NCBI GenBank assembly: GCA_016748015.1
Contig: JAAOMT010000429.1
Span: 186,001-250,000, forward strand
Length of the DNA: 64,000 nt
Source: Geosiphon pyriformis uo1
Taxonomy: Eukaryota > Fungi > Glomeromycota
Direction of reading: 5' to 3'
A program made the position numbers and the translations under genes. Each line of letters begins with the position of its first letter. Position 1 is the stretch's first letter. The notes beneath the pieces were generated by a model. The model searched no databases, had not been told where the DNA came from, and saw nothing but the letters and a program-made list of their open reading frames with translations. This document shows positions 35,745 to 49,606 of the stretch, piece by piece.

Positions 35745-36230
35745 AACTATTTAGTTTTGAATATATTACAGAAAACAATAATTTTTCTTTAATTAACAAA
35801 AAAATTATAATATTATTTTATTTTTAAAATTAATTAACAAACAAAAGCAATTTTAGCAACTTCAAAAAACTTCAAAAAACTTAAAATATACAATAATATA
35901 TTTTTATAAATCAGAAAACTTTAGCTTAAAATTTACAATTTTACTAAAAACACTTAAAGCATTTTTGATTTCATTAAAAAACCACTTAAAAAAACATTAT
36001 ATAAAGCTATAATAACAAAAACAAAAACAGAAATAAATATTGCAAATAAATTTACAATCTTAAGAATAATAATAAAAATTAGCAGCATAATTTAAGTAAC
36101 AGTATCCAAAAAAACTTAAAATACAAATTCTATACAAAAAACCAAATATTATTCTTTATAAATAATTTTAAGCCAATAAAACTATGTAAAAACTAATTTT
36201 TGTAATTTTGTTAAGCATTAAAGTAAAGAT
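35745..36230 (-). mobile_element. Decayed second copy of the ORF1 type found in the ORF1-only element
   Basis: The minus strand reads LHSFIGLKLFIKNNI..CIEF and EIKNALSVFSKIVNFKLK..KYIIVYFK, versus VHGFLDAKSVLKDNVKLFCVEF and NIKTALSVFGVVICVVLK..QYVVVHFK. Confidence 0.65.
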
Positions 36231-39200
36231 TATTTATTCAAAAAATCTTTAATAACTTGTAATTATTTTTTAGATATTATTAGAACCAACAATATTTTCA
36301 AAAAACAAAAAAAGAAGTTCTTTAATTTTTATTTGATTAATTCAATCTTTGAATTCAAGTAAATCATTAAATTAATTGTTTAAAATTACATATAGAAACA
36401 TAATTTATTTTTTTCTAAAACTGATAATAATCAATTAGAATATAATATATTAAAAATTTTAATTATATGTTAATTAAAACCAGTTTTGACAAATATATTG
36501 CTATTGTTATTATTTAAACGAGAAAGAAAGGTGTTGTTTAGAATTAAATTGAAATAATTATCATAATTGGTACAGTTGCTACAAAATTAGTATAAACATC
36601 GAAAAAATCGAATATTGTTAATTTTCTATTTTTCACAAAAAAAAGACGAGTTTTAAATTAAAAAGAAATGATAGCTTGGCTATTAATTTGCTGTTAAAAG
36701 TTTTAAGACTTTTTGTAATAATAATTATACTAAAATGGCCTTAATTGGTTTTTAAAAAAGACTTTAAATAAGAAAAAACTCCTACTTAAAGCCAAAAATA
36801 GTGCTTTAACAGCAGTTAAAATTATTTTGTGTTTTTAATAATTAAAGAAAACACTTTAAAGAAACATTATCTATTTGTCTTTACTTTTAAAAAGCTTTTT
36901 GAATATTAAAACTATTAAAAACAATAAAAAAATAAAGTTTGCTGTCTTTTTACTCTTTGCTTTAATTGTGGTCATAAAAATACAAAAAAGAAAAAGTTTT
37001 GGATCATATTAAAATTTTATATTAAAAAAGACTATTTTGGTTTTTAATAGTAATAAATTATTTTTCAAATTAAATTTATTATTTTTTTGACTAAAAAGCT
37101 TATTAATATCATTAAAAAACACTTTTTATATTTATTTTAATAATTTTTATTTAAGTATTTTCATAAATATTAACTATTTTTAATTTTAACATATTTGTTT
37201 TTTTTTACTTATTAGATTTAAATTTTATAATCAATTTTCTAATAATATTTTTAATTTTAACACATAAAATTAATTTAAGCTTTGTTTTTATCAGCAATTT
37301 GCAATATTTAATATTTAATATTATATTTTTATAATTTGTAGTATAATTAAAAAAATTTCTGAATATAATAAATAATTATTACACACATTATAATTTCGAA
37401 TTATATAAATTCAATTAATTAATTCAAATTTATTTTTAGTTTATAACTTTTAAAATACTATTTTCAGACATAAGATAGAAAATAAAAATTGAAAATTATT
37501 TATATTTAAAGAAAAAAAAAATAGTAAAAAAACCAAAAAAATTATCATTAAATTTTTAAAACCAACTTTTTATTTTATATTCAAGTTTTTGAATTAATCT
37601 AAAATGTAACAAATAACATATAGTGATTTATAAAAATAATTAGTTTTAATAAAATTTATTGCCAATATCATTTTAATATATATACAACTTCAAAATAAAA
37701 TTTGAGTATATAAAATATATTTTGACATAATAAGAATCAAGTAAAAAAGAAATTTTAAAATATTAAATAAGATTTCTTAAATTTAAATTGTATTAAAAAA
37801 AAATTACTAATTGGTTACAAATTTTATAAAAAAACATAATTATAAACTTTTTAATTAATAAAGAAAAACCCTATAATATAAACGACAAAATATATTAATG
37901 AAATTTTTTTTGGACTTTATTATTCTTTTGTATTTAGTATCAAATGGGTTGAAAAAATGATGAGAATTAATTTTTTATTAACCGACAAAAAGTGAGTTTC
38001 AGAAATTTTCACAGCAGTGCAAAATTAAAGTTTCTAATCTCTTTAATATAACAGTAATGACAAGCATCTCGGCTTAGCCTCAAAAAAAAAGTTTTAAATA
38101 GAAATGTTAAGGTTGGGTTATTGTGTTTAATAACTTTATGTTAATGAAGGTTCTAACACTGTATCACTCGTACTACGAGAAAAACCTATACAACTTGACT
38201 TTTGTTCTGTATACACGAAATAATAAGGGATATTTTTAATGTCAAACAATTCAATTAATTGTTTTCATGTTTCAATAAAAGTTTTTAGGAGCCTTTGGGC
38301 ATAAGAGTTGAGCAATATGTCAAGTAAATTAAAAAGTGAATTTATTTTATGTAAACTACAAGAGTATCCAATAAATCAATAGTCTTAATTTTCAAATGCC
38401 ATGATCCGACGTGTCTTTACTATCACGTTTCCCTCATTAGCTAGTTAAGCTCCTCTTAGTCACCAAATTTCTCTCTTTTAACTTCACAAAGTTCTCACAT
38501 TTTTTTAAGAAACTCCATCTTTTTGTTATTGATTCAGATGTTGGAATGCTCATTTCCTTATTACTAGTAGATTTTTGTAACATGGTTAAATAAATACTAG
38601 TGACATATGAAGAATTATTTCGGGAACTGCACAACAAATTTGATAAAGTAAAATAATATTTGTAAAAATAAAAAGTTCAACCAATCGGAAGAGAAATAAA
38701 AGAGGGAGGCACTGGTTAATTGGAGTTAGATTTTAATGCTTCATTTAATTGAAAACTGGGTATTTCCAGTCAAAATTTTTACAAGTCACACCAGATTTTA
38801 TTCTAATATTTTTTCAATTAATTAGATCTTTGAAATTTACCAAAAATTGGTCCCAAAGCTGATAATGATCAATATTCCTACTTTACATTAATTGTCTGCA
38901 AGAACGCATGGGCCATATAATGCTATATGCACATTCTCTTAAGAATTATAAAAGAAGATAAATTTTATTTCAAGTGTCACTTGATCTGAAGGGTTTAAAA
39001 TAATAGAAACTTTAATTAGAGCTTGAAAAGGCAATTCGGAGGTCATCATATCTCATGCGGTGAAACACGACGCGTCTTTTGATTTTGATGTGTAGGCAAA
39101 ATCAGATGGTTTAATTGGTTCCAAAGAATGAGATAAAGTTCTAATATTTGTAAAGTGTAACTTGATTATTTTTAAAGTTAACTCCGTTAGCTTTTGTGAA

Positions 39201-39607
39201 GTTGAAGCATGTTTCGTTGATTACAGACAGGACGAGAAGGATCTAGGTCTGCAAACGTTTATTCAGCTGTATGTTGATGAAATCATTTGGCCACCAAAAT
39301 ATTTTTTATTTAATTCATCTTTAAAGTGGTTATAAGTTTAAAGAGCATGGCAATGAGGAAGTTTGACGCAGTAGATACCCAGTATTGATTTATTAAAACG
39401 CTAGCGTTCTTTTTTTTTTTTGATTTTTAGAAATATTAACCTTGGTATAAATTTAAAAATTCTATCCTCTTGTGAAGATATTAGAAATTGGAAAAGGTAT
39501 AATATTTTTAAACTCAAATCTAAATGAATCTTGAAATTTCGTTACTCGATTAATTTATCACGTCCTAAATTTCATAATCGTCAAAAATAATCTAGTCTTC
39601 TCTAAAG

Positions 39608-40886
39608 ATGGGAAACTCAATCTCCAGGGTAAAATTATATGGGATTTTTCGATCTAAAAAAAAGCACCAACACTCTACTGCCATATCAATGCCATTCGTT
39701 TATAGCGAATCTCAAACCTCTTTAGAATCAGGTTTTGCCTATGTAGATGATCAGAAATTAAAATACTTGCGACCAAAAAATTTCGAAGATATCTCAACAA
39801 TGAATATACTACACTATTTGTATCAGTTTTCTTGGGGGAGTTTGTTTTCAGCACCAGTTGATGAGATTTTGAACAGTTCAAGAAGGCATATTTTGGATGT
39901 TGGGTAAAGCAATAGTAATTAATATAACCCATTTTATTACCAATAATTCAAGTTTCAGTAACTTTTATGTATCTTTTCATAGATGTTCGACAGGTCTTTG
40001 GATATTGGATATGGCTAAATCTTACCCACTGGCTCGATTCGTCGGTTGTGACATGACTCCTGTATTTCCCACGATACAGAAAGATATACCAAAAAATGTA
40101 AAATTTGTACAAGTTAACATTCTGAATGGGTTACCATTTCCAGATCAATCATTTGATTACGTTAGGGCGAGTTTGTTTGTTAGCACGTTAACAGAAGACG
40201 AGTGGTTATTTGCTATTCGAGAATTAGCCAGGTAAATTTGGGTGCTGGGGAGCTTGAAATTGAAAAAAGGTAGAATTTGAAACTTTGACTGACTATATTC
40301 ATAAATAGGGTTTTGAGTCCTGGTGGGTGGCTAGAGGTAAGCGAATTCAGGGTTTTTTCTAACTTTGAAATATTTTAAAAATTGGAATCAAAAAAAGTTT
40401 CAAATTTTCTAGCTCATGGAACCTGATTATAGATTATGCAATATGGGCCCAGACACCAAAAAATTTGTAAAAGGAAGTATGTTAAATTCCAGAAATTTTA
40501 AATTTTACATTTCTATACATTTTTTTTCGTCATTCTAAAACCAACCAATTAAATATTATTTGATAGTAATGGAAATTTTCCGAAATCGTCGCATAAACGT
40601 AGAAATTTCACAAAAACTTGAATTAATCCTTGCGGCAACACCTAATCTCTCAAACACTCATCATTCTATTAAACATATAGAAGTTGGGAAAAGCGGTGGG
40701 AAAGTGGGGGTGTTGTTTCAAGATACGTTGACCATTTATTTTACTAAAGTTTATTGCGAAGCTATTTCACAGGTCTTGGGTCTTACGCAGGAGGAGTATC
40801 TTGTAATGTGGAATAATTGCGAAAAAGAGTTTCCCGCTTATCAAACATATTGTCGAGCATATAGGTTTTGGTCACAAAAGGAGTAG
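39608..40886 (+). CDS. Class I SAM-dependent methyltransferase, LaeA-like (MT1), 318 aa, 5 exons
   Basis: Exons 39608-39903, 39983-40231, 40309-40336, 40413-40476 and 40567-40886 (GT-AG, 957 nt, open). Motifs LDVGCSTG, GLPFPDQSFDYV, RVLSPGGWLE. Confidence 0.9.
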
Positions 40887-41106
40887 AAAATGGTAGTGTG
40901 CTGGAAGGAAACAATCAGATTATGATCTTGAAGATATGGAAATAAGAGGAAAAGTTTTTAGACATTTAATACTAAAAATATATTAAACTTACTGTGAAAC
41001 CATTCTTTTAAAAGAATAAAATATTAAAAATATTTTAAATAAATATTGTAATCTAGACATTTTACTATTAATTTCTATCAAATATTGCTATTCAAAACAA
41101 GAATGC

Positions 41107-41107
<1 letters not shown>

Positions 41108-41149
<42 letters not shown>
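41108..41149. repeat. (AAT)14 microsatellite
   Basis: Read directly. Confidence 0.95.
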
Positions 41150-41150
<1 letters not shown>

Positions 41151-41880
41151 GTGTTTAATAATTTGTTATAAATATTTGTAAAAAGTCAATTTGATAATAT
41201 TATGTTAAATATTTTCCAAAAAAAGGGATTGAGAAATCAGTAAGTTAACTTTTACACTTTAAGAACAAATGATATCATAGTAGCTTAACCCACGTTATAA
41301 ACCCGAAAGTGATAGTAACTTTAAGCAAATCGAAATTACACATTAGAATATTGCAAGTCTAAGTATCTTGAAATTCTATATTAATATTTTAAGATATGGA
41401 GCTCCCCTCATATCATCAGAGAGAATTATAAATAGTTACGTAAGAAGGATTTAAAGTTTGATATTCGGTCTAATTGATTTGATTGATCCAATAGTTCTAT
41501 TAATTTTTGTTCTATATATTACTAGCTTATCTAATGAATGGTTAAATTAGTAGAAAATATCGCGCGCGAACAAGAGATTTAATTAGTATAATACAGAAAT
41601 TTTGACTAATTTTTATTTATAATGCATAGAAGAATTAATCTTGATTTGGAATCTAAAAAGATTTTCATTTTATTTAACTGCCCAATGAAAATATGTAGAT
41701 TTAAAATATAAATGTGAAACCGCAACAATGCGAAATACATGCGGAGAAGGTCTCTGCCTGAATCGAATTTAACTAAAAACCTTTATTTTTGGTAATTAGG
41801 TAACAAATTAAAAAGAATAATTATAAAGAAAAATTATTTAAATATCGTATTTTCTACTTTTCATTTTTGGATAACAAAAA

Positions 41881-42970
41881 ATGGGAAATTTCAATTCAAA
41901 AACGCATGAAAAGCAAAAAGATCTTAGAGCTAAATCAAGTAAATCTTCAAATGAGCTAGATGAAATATTCTATTTGCCTAGAGTCGATTGCGAAATGAAT
42001 CGGCAGCAATCCGCTCATTTTCTATTTCAGCACATCTTTCAATGTCGATTTTCAGCTCCGATGGAGGAAACTCTTCTAAATGGATCACATGTCCTGGATA
42101 TGGGGTAATTTATATGTTTTATTAATGCGATTAATTACAAGAACCAACTTGATGAATTTCTTTATTTTAAAGTTGTGGCCCTGGAGCATGGGTTTGTGAA
42201 ATGGCAACCTACTATCCACAAACGAAATTTATTGGTATAGATATACTAGATGTTTTTCCGAAAGAAATAAAACCAGCAAATGCGACTTTCCAAATTGGAA
42301 ATTTAACAGATGGATTACCTTTCGAAGATAAAACATTCGATATGGTTCGAATTTCTTGTTTGTATATAAGTATGACTGGAAAAGAATACAGATTTTGTAT
42401 AGATGAAGCCATTAGGTAAGGACCATTATTTTAGCTCAAATTTCGAACCAGTGAATTGGTAATTGAATACTATTTTTCAGGGTACTCAAGTCTGGTGGTT
42501 ACATTGAAATTATTGAGGCAGAATTTCAATTGGAGAATCCTGGAAAAAATTGGAAAAATTGTCTTAATTCACGTAAATTTCTCTTTTTTCTTAATTTGTG
42601 AACAAAATATTTTCCCAAGAAAAATGATATAATTATAAATGATATTTTAGTTCAAAAAATCTTCGGTCAGCGTGGTATAAATTTGTGGCCTCCACCAAAT
42701 CTTGTAAGAATTCTTGAAGAAATTAAAGTTCTCCAAGAAATTCAGTTTGAAAGACGATTGACTAAATTAGGTCCAGAAGGTGGAATGGCTGGTGTTATAT
42801 TTTTGGATAATATAAATCAATATTTTACAGGAACAATCGCAACTGTCTTTTCCGAAAAGATGGGGTTGAGCGAAAAAGACTACAATGATTTTTGGGAAAA
42901 TTGCAAAAAGGAGGCTCTAGAAAATGGATCAGAGGCACCGATCTCCAAATTCTGGGCTCAGAAAATCTAG
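41881..42970 (+). CDS. Class I SAM-dependent methyltransferase, LaeA-like (MT2), 292 aa, 4 exons
   Basis: Exons 41881-42104, 42173-42415, 42481-42572 and 42651-42970 (879 nt, open). Motifs LDMGCGPG, GLPFEDKTFD, RVLKSGGYIE. Confidence 0.9.
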
Positions 42971-43659
42971 GAACTATGCAATAGTAAAACTTTTACACCA
43001 AAAAAACTTTAGTGTTTATCTTTTTATGCATTTTTTACGTATTTATAGGCAAATTTTAAAAAGAAATTAAGACATAATATAATAAGATTCATCCAAAAAT
43101 AGAGATTAATAATAAGTGAGTTGAGAGAAATAGAAATTACCTTTAATAGTATATTTTTTCAACCAATTTAGATCTGTGTGTAATTTTTTCTTTATGCATT
43201 TTAATTGTTTGAGAAACCTTTGTTATTTTAAATTACTGATCAACAGAAAAATTGACATTTTCTATAATAGTTTAACTTTATGAAAAAAAGTGGATTTCAT
43301 TGTAAAAATGATTATTATCCTGTGTAAAAAATAGAAAAATTAAATTAATTGAAATGATATCATGAAACATTTAACTTAAATTTTAATAAATATTAGTTAT
43401 GATAAAACTTGTATTAAATATTTGAATCCGAAAATACCTTTTAGTAATTATTAATTTGGTAAAACCTTTGATAAATGATCCATCTTTGGCAAAAATTTAT
43501 TTGATATTTCAGTCTCAATATACATGTATGAAAATTGATAGTGAAGCAAATGCAACTAACTATTTTAAAAATAAATATTGTGGACTAAAGAATATGATAA
43601 GATTTTGAAAATGGATAATTAAATTTCAAAATCAAAATGTTTCATAAAAAAAGGAAAGC

Positions 43660-44411
43660 TCACTGCAGTCCATTGTCTTGCACAAGTTTTACATGTATTC
43701 CCTAGTCTAACATCTTCAAGTATGACTCATTTTACATGGGTTACCGTCAAATTGTCAACCGCCAATTTCTTTATTCACAACAACGTTTCCCAGCTCCTTA
43801 ACCAATCTTCCGGAAAAATAAAAACAAAAAACGTTCATGAATTCCATGAGAGGTCTAAGGTAAAGTTTGCATCTCTTCCAATAGGTCCTTGTTTTTGCAT
43901 AAAATCGACCATTTTGAGAGTACCTAATTCTTTGCAAAGCTTTGCTGTCCAAACAATCCTAGACCAACCTTTTGCCAAAGGAAAACTAGCCTCGATCATA
44001 GTTTTCCATATTTTCGCCCTGAACTCTAGGTATAAATCGGGTAACTAATTTTAAACCTGTTAATTTATTCGAATCTAAGTCATTCAAAGATTCTTCTTTA
44101 TTATCATTTTGATCAGACTGTTCCAGCCATATCACAAGTCATAACCATATGTCGGAGAGTATTTGATAATTAGAATGAGTGTCTGTCCTATCATCTGTGT
44201 TGTATGTTGTGTGGAACTCAGTTACATCTACCAACACTTTCTTTATTAGCATTTCAGGTTTCACTACTACTGCAAGTATACGAGAGGGCATTATTTTGGT
44301 ATTACAGCATATGGTGTGAATATAGCCTTTAATATCTTCGATTAAGTCGGGTAAATCCCAGCGTTCTGGAATTAGCATGCCGCATAATATTTGATCATCG
44401 AAGGCAGACAT
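43660..44411 (-). pseudogene. Disrupted ORF of unknown family
   Basis: Coding-like composition from ATG 44411. The frame continues past TGA at 44139-44141 and then breaks by stops and frameshifts. No motif recognised. Confidence 0.35.
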
Positions 44412-45854
44412 TGTTCACAAAAATAAAAGTTATTAAACTTTAATCATATACTCACTGTCAAAGTTAGCCAAGTTAGTTAAAGGAAAACCACGCGTTTGTT
44501 GATCAATTAGGCATGATACATTAATGAAAAGTTTTCAATACCTCTAATAGGGTGTGAAGAATTCTTATTTCGTAAGAATAGCGAGTAAAACACATGTTAT
44601 TTGATACTTTATCAATGGAAGCAGTTGGTGAGGTGATGACATGGATACACTCATCGGAGATATCGTCAGAATAATTTTCAATAATCTTGAACTCCAACTT
44701 TTTTTAAGTGTGAAAGCTTTTCTCTAAGAATTTTCAGCTCATGACTTTCCTCGCTAACAAAAGTGTCAAGATTTTAATGTGACGCTTTTTTATCGTTTTT
44801 AAATTGCTAATATAATCAACTTTTTCAATTTCGACTTTAAAAGTCTTATGATAAAGAGTTTCCCGAGAAGAGTGTGATAGTAAATGTGAGATTTTAAATT
44901 TTTTGTCTCAAATCCTGACAGGCTTGAAAGTTGGCAAAGCTAAAAACTCACATATAATATAAATAAGAACAAAATGCCAGTTGTTAATTAGAACTCGAAA
45001 TATAAAATAGCAGCAAGAGAATCAGCTAAGTGGATAAATTATTTTGATAACAAATACCCATATTTGTAAACTATTCTTCACTATCACGCCCTTCTTAATG
45101 ATGACCCTTCTGAGAAAAATTTCGAAGTTGAACTAAAATAACGAGTCAGTCAGCAGGCTGAAAGAAGATTATCAAGAAGAAAGTGCCATGTTTAGATGAT
45201 ATTGCCACAAGCAAACTCGTGCTCTGAAGGCTAAGATTTCTATCAGCAAGGAAAGAGAATCCTAAAAGGAAAGACATTCATAATAGAAAAGGACTTTTAG
45301 TTAAAGAGCTAAATTTATTATCAAAAATCACCAAATATTATCGCTAACGTGTGTTATAATCTTACTGCCTGATTTTATAGTTAAAAAAATTCTTTAAATT
45401 TTTTTAGTGGTTCTTGTTGAACAAAAGGTAAAAGAGAATGAATATATGGGAGGGTTACGTCATTTTTCTATTCTAATCTAATTAACGACTCCTTTTACAG
45501 TCCTTTTTAAAATAGTATGATTTGTGATAAATATCAAATTTGTAAAAAATTTCATTTTCAAGCTAATAATATAACAAGGAATAAAATATACATGTAATAA
45601 GTTTGTTTATAAATAAGTTTTAATTAAAATTTGAAACTTCTTTAGGATACAAGATATAGTGTGATAGGTGATCGGGAAAAATATTTTCAAAAAGAGGATA
45701 AAAATCATATTATCTATTCCTTTATTTTGTTTAAAAAAGATGGTTTTAAAAATAAATTAAGCTCGATCTATAGGATTTTTATTTAGTGCATCTTAAAAAA
45801 AAACTAAAAAATATTTCATGAAACTCTGTTATATCCTTCTTGAAAATTAATAAA

Positions 45855-47365
45855 ATGGGTTCTTTTAATAATCAGATACCATTCAAGATCATTACTGCAA
45901 TTTTTATGGCATCAGTTTTTTATTTTTTGATGCATGAAAGCTACAGCAGCTGGATAACCTCTAAAGTAATTCAGAAGGATAAAAAATTAGATATAAACTA
46001 CAACTCTCCTACTATGATTAATTTGATAGATCAAATCCATATCCCACTAAACATCAATCAAACCAAAAAACGTTCACAATCACAATCAGAATCACAATCA
46101 CAATCACAACCCAAGAGACGAATTTCATCTGATGATAAATATATATATATTGCCTCGGATATTGCATCCATAGTAGATGCATTTTACTGTCTTGATCTAA
46201 ATAATATTGGCTCAAAAGTGCCTGGTTTACAAATTAAAGGTATTTGAATTCAGAAAAGAAATTAATTTTAAATGAAATTTTTATTAAAAAAATTAATTTA
46301 TATATTTCAAATACTATTCATTAGTGGACGCTCAAATTTACTTAGAATCAATGGATAGAATCAATTTATTAATAGTGTTTGCGGGGCCAGTAATTATTTC
46401 AACCTCTTTAATATTTTAAAATCAAATAAAATCTTGAGATAATAATGCTTCTTTATTTATATTAGAAATTAACAAAAGAACAATGGGCTTCTAAAAATTC
46501 AAGACAAGTGCCACTCCGTTTTACAGATACTTACGATTTTGACGAAAGAGCTCGTGTAGATTCACAATTATTGAAAGATGTGAATTTATTGTTTTCTACT
46601 TTAAGTGAAACTATTAAATTTTTTTTAAAAAAATTCCCAGAAGTAAATAATATTATATTTGTGGGACATAGTCTTGGTGGAGGTTAGTTTCCTAAATATC
46701 TTCTATTTTAAAGTTTAAAAGTAAGAATCATTTCCATTTGTTAATATTAAACAATCTTTTAAATATAAAAGCATATGCCTGTCTTGCTGCGGTTAGGTGG
46801 TCAATTGGAAGATACGAAATTATAAAAAATAACCTTTGGCCGAATATTGATTTAAGTACAACAGGGCAGGGTATTTTTACTTTTGGAGCTCCGAGAGTTG
46901 GTAACAGGCATTTTAGTTATCTTTTAAACCAAGCAATCGAACATCGTCGCTTTACTCATGGAAATGATCATGTGTCACACTTTCCTTCGTCTTCAATGGG
47001 GTGGAAACATTTTGGTACTGAAATCTGGATTGAACCATTGGGTAATTGTGACTGTCCTGATGATCCAAATACGTATTGGGATTGCAATTTTATTTCGCTT
47101 TCAATTGATCAAAGAAATTTATGGATCAATTCGCAATATTCTGAAGAGAATATGGTTAGTATTAACCTTTATTGAATTAAAATTTTTTAGTGAAAAGGCG
47201 TTAAATTTTTTATTTTATGTTATTTAGGGGTGTAATGCTGGTCAATCAATAAGCGAAGTTCCGGGGAAATTATTTCATAATGGGCCTTATTTTGGGACAG
47301 AAATGGGCAATTGCGAGAATATTGGGAATTCTCTGAGAAATTATCAAAATAGAAATAATAATTAG
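45855..47365 (+). CDS. Class 3 lipase (alpha/beta hydrolase), multi-exon, N-terminal hydrophobic segment
   Basis: VGHSLGG|A nucleophile motif, FTFGAPRVGN, THGNDHVSHFP, WKHFGTEIWI, FHNGPYFG; GT-AG introns; stop TAG at 47363-47365. Confidence 0.88.
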
Positions 47366-49531
47366 TAGCCAATATTTTTTCATTTGGCATAAATTCAAGT
47401 TATCTACATTTATTTTGAGAATATTTTAGCCAAATAAAAAAGAAAGAAGTTTCGGTAAATTTATTCTGCTTGAATTTGATTGATTAATACATCAAGGCAA
47501 TTAAGTTAGGTAAATATTTTTCGAAATGCGACTCTAAAAATAACGATTTTAATATTATTCTTAAATGATAAGGTCAAATTATTTTAAAATACTTTATTTT
47601 AAGACTATTTAAAATTCCTTTGTTAATAGCCTTTTTCAGTACTAAGAGTTATAAATAATTTATATAACTTATTCCACATTTCAAATTAGCATTAGAAAAT
47701 GCAATTAAGGTTGGGGTAGGAAACTAATTTTATGCCAATTAATTGAGTAATTTATGATTTTAAGGTGAGATTTTCCAGATATTTAAATTAAAATTTCTTT
47801 ATTCTAAATAGAGTATCCTAAAAGTTTTCAAAATTTAATTTTGCATGTTGTTGGAAGCGCAAATTATTGATTCCACTAACATTTGTTGATGCTAGTAATT
47901 TTATTAAGGAGGGTATTATAAATTTAAAAGTTTTATTGGTTATTGCCTAAAAAAATGTTGTGTATCAGATTGATAAATAGATTTTTTATATTATCCATTA
48001 AATTACATAAGTTGAATTTAATTTAAAAAGTAATTAATCAATTATTAACATTTTGAAATTTAGATAAATATATTCGAAAAAACTTTAGTTTATTTCGAAT
48101 AAAATTTTATTCGAAATAAAGTTGATGAATAAAAAATATTTATAAAAAGTTACTGGTAAAAGGTAGAAATCTTAATTAATTACTTTTCAGTTACACTTAT
48201 CATTTAAAATACTTAAAAGTTTAAATTACCGAAGCGTAAGGTTATTTAAGAACATAGGGAAATAAATCTTGGTAAAATTCTAAAAATAATTTTATTTGTG
48301 GATATTAGGCAACCCTCTAACTGTGTATAAATACTAAATGATCAAGGAACAAATGTAAAAAGGGTTATTCGGTCTTTATGATCTATAAGCTACTTATCTG
48401 ATAAATACAAAGTGTATTTTCAATTGCTATCCTTGATAAAATCTCACGTTATTAAAATGACCAATTACACATTCTAGCCATTCTTACCAATAATTCTTTG
48501 CAGTAGGTTTCAAGTAAAATAATAATGATGATAATATCCTTTTAACAGGATGCTTCGAATGCAGTTTGCTGTTCTTTAGTCGAAATTTCACAATCAACAG
48601 TAATGAAAAATAGTTGAAATATATATATTTTTTTTAATTCAATTGGTTAAATTTATTTACACTAACAATTTTTAATATAAAACTTCCAAATTAAAGAATC
48701 CTCTTTATTCATTGAATTGAATTTTTTTAAAAACAATTTTTTTTTCCACAAACCAGTTTTGAATTTCGAATAAATATTTTTTTTACTTCTTTTAAGGTCA
48801 AAAATTATTCAAGTAATATGTTGTTATATGCTGCTGCTTTTGCTGCTGTTTTTCTCGTAATAAAACAAAAAAAGAATATTCTTTTTGTATTTAATCTATA
48901 AATACATCTAGTATCTGTTATTGAAACTAAAAGAATGTTGGAGTGGGGGTAGCAAATTAAATTTGAATTTTAGATTTGATTGGAACGTCAAAAAGTTTTC
49001 CGATTATATCAGCCAAAGTTTTCTTTGTTTATTTCCAATAATAAATTATTTCATACTACTGGATATTTTAGCCCAATAATTTTTTATTGACTACACTACG
49101 TTTCACAACTAAAAAGACTTTAATCAATTTATTGGCCAATTTTTTAACATACGAGAGTTGATTGATCCAAAATCAAGAGGCCTGTATAGTCAAATTGATT
49201 TTACATTAGTTTGGAATTTTTTACGCCTTTTGTACGTTTATTTATTTGAAAATTTTGTTTTACATATATTCATATGTATTGTCACTTGAATAATTCTAGT
49301 TTTAACCTAATAAAGTTATCGTTTATTTCAGTTTTGATGCTTGTTTAAATTTAAAATACGATATAAAATTATATATAATATATATATAATTTTATACTTT
49401 ATTCCAAATCATATAAATTGCCTTAATAATCAAATAAGGTGAAGACCGAATAAATTATTTAAAAATTCGCACTTTTCTGTGTCTTTGAACGAAGATATAG
49501 GTTTCCAAATTTGGAAAACAAACATAAATTT

Positions 49532-49533
<2 letters not shown>

Positions 49534-49605
<72 letters not shown>
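49534..49605. repeat. Poly(T)72 homopolymer
   Basis: Read directly. Confidence 0.9.

Positions 49606-49606
<1 letters not shown>

Noticed and set aside
45060-45300. Purine-rich coding-like fragment
   Set aside because: Short, with stops in the frames examined and no motif.
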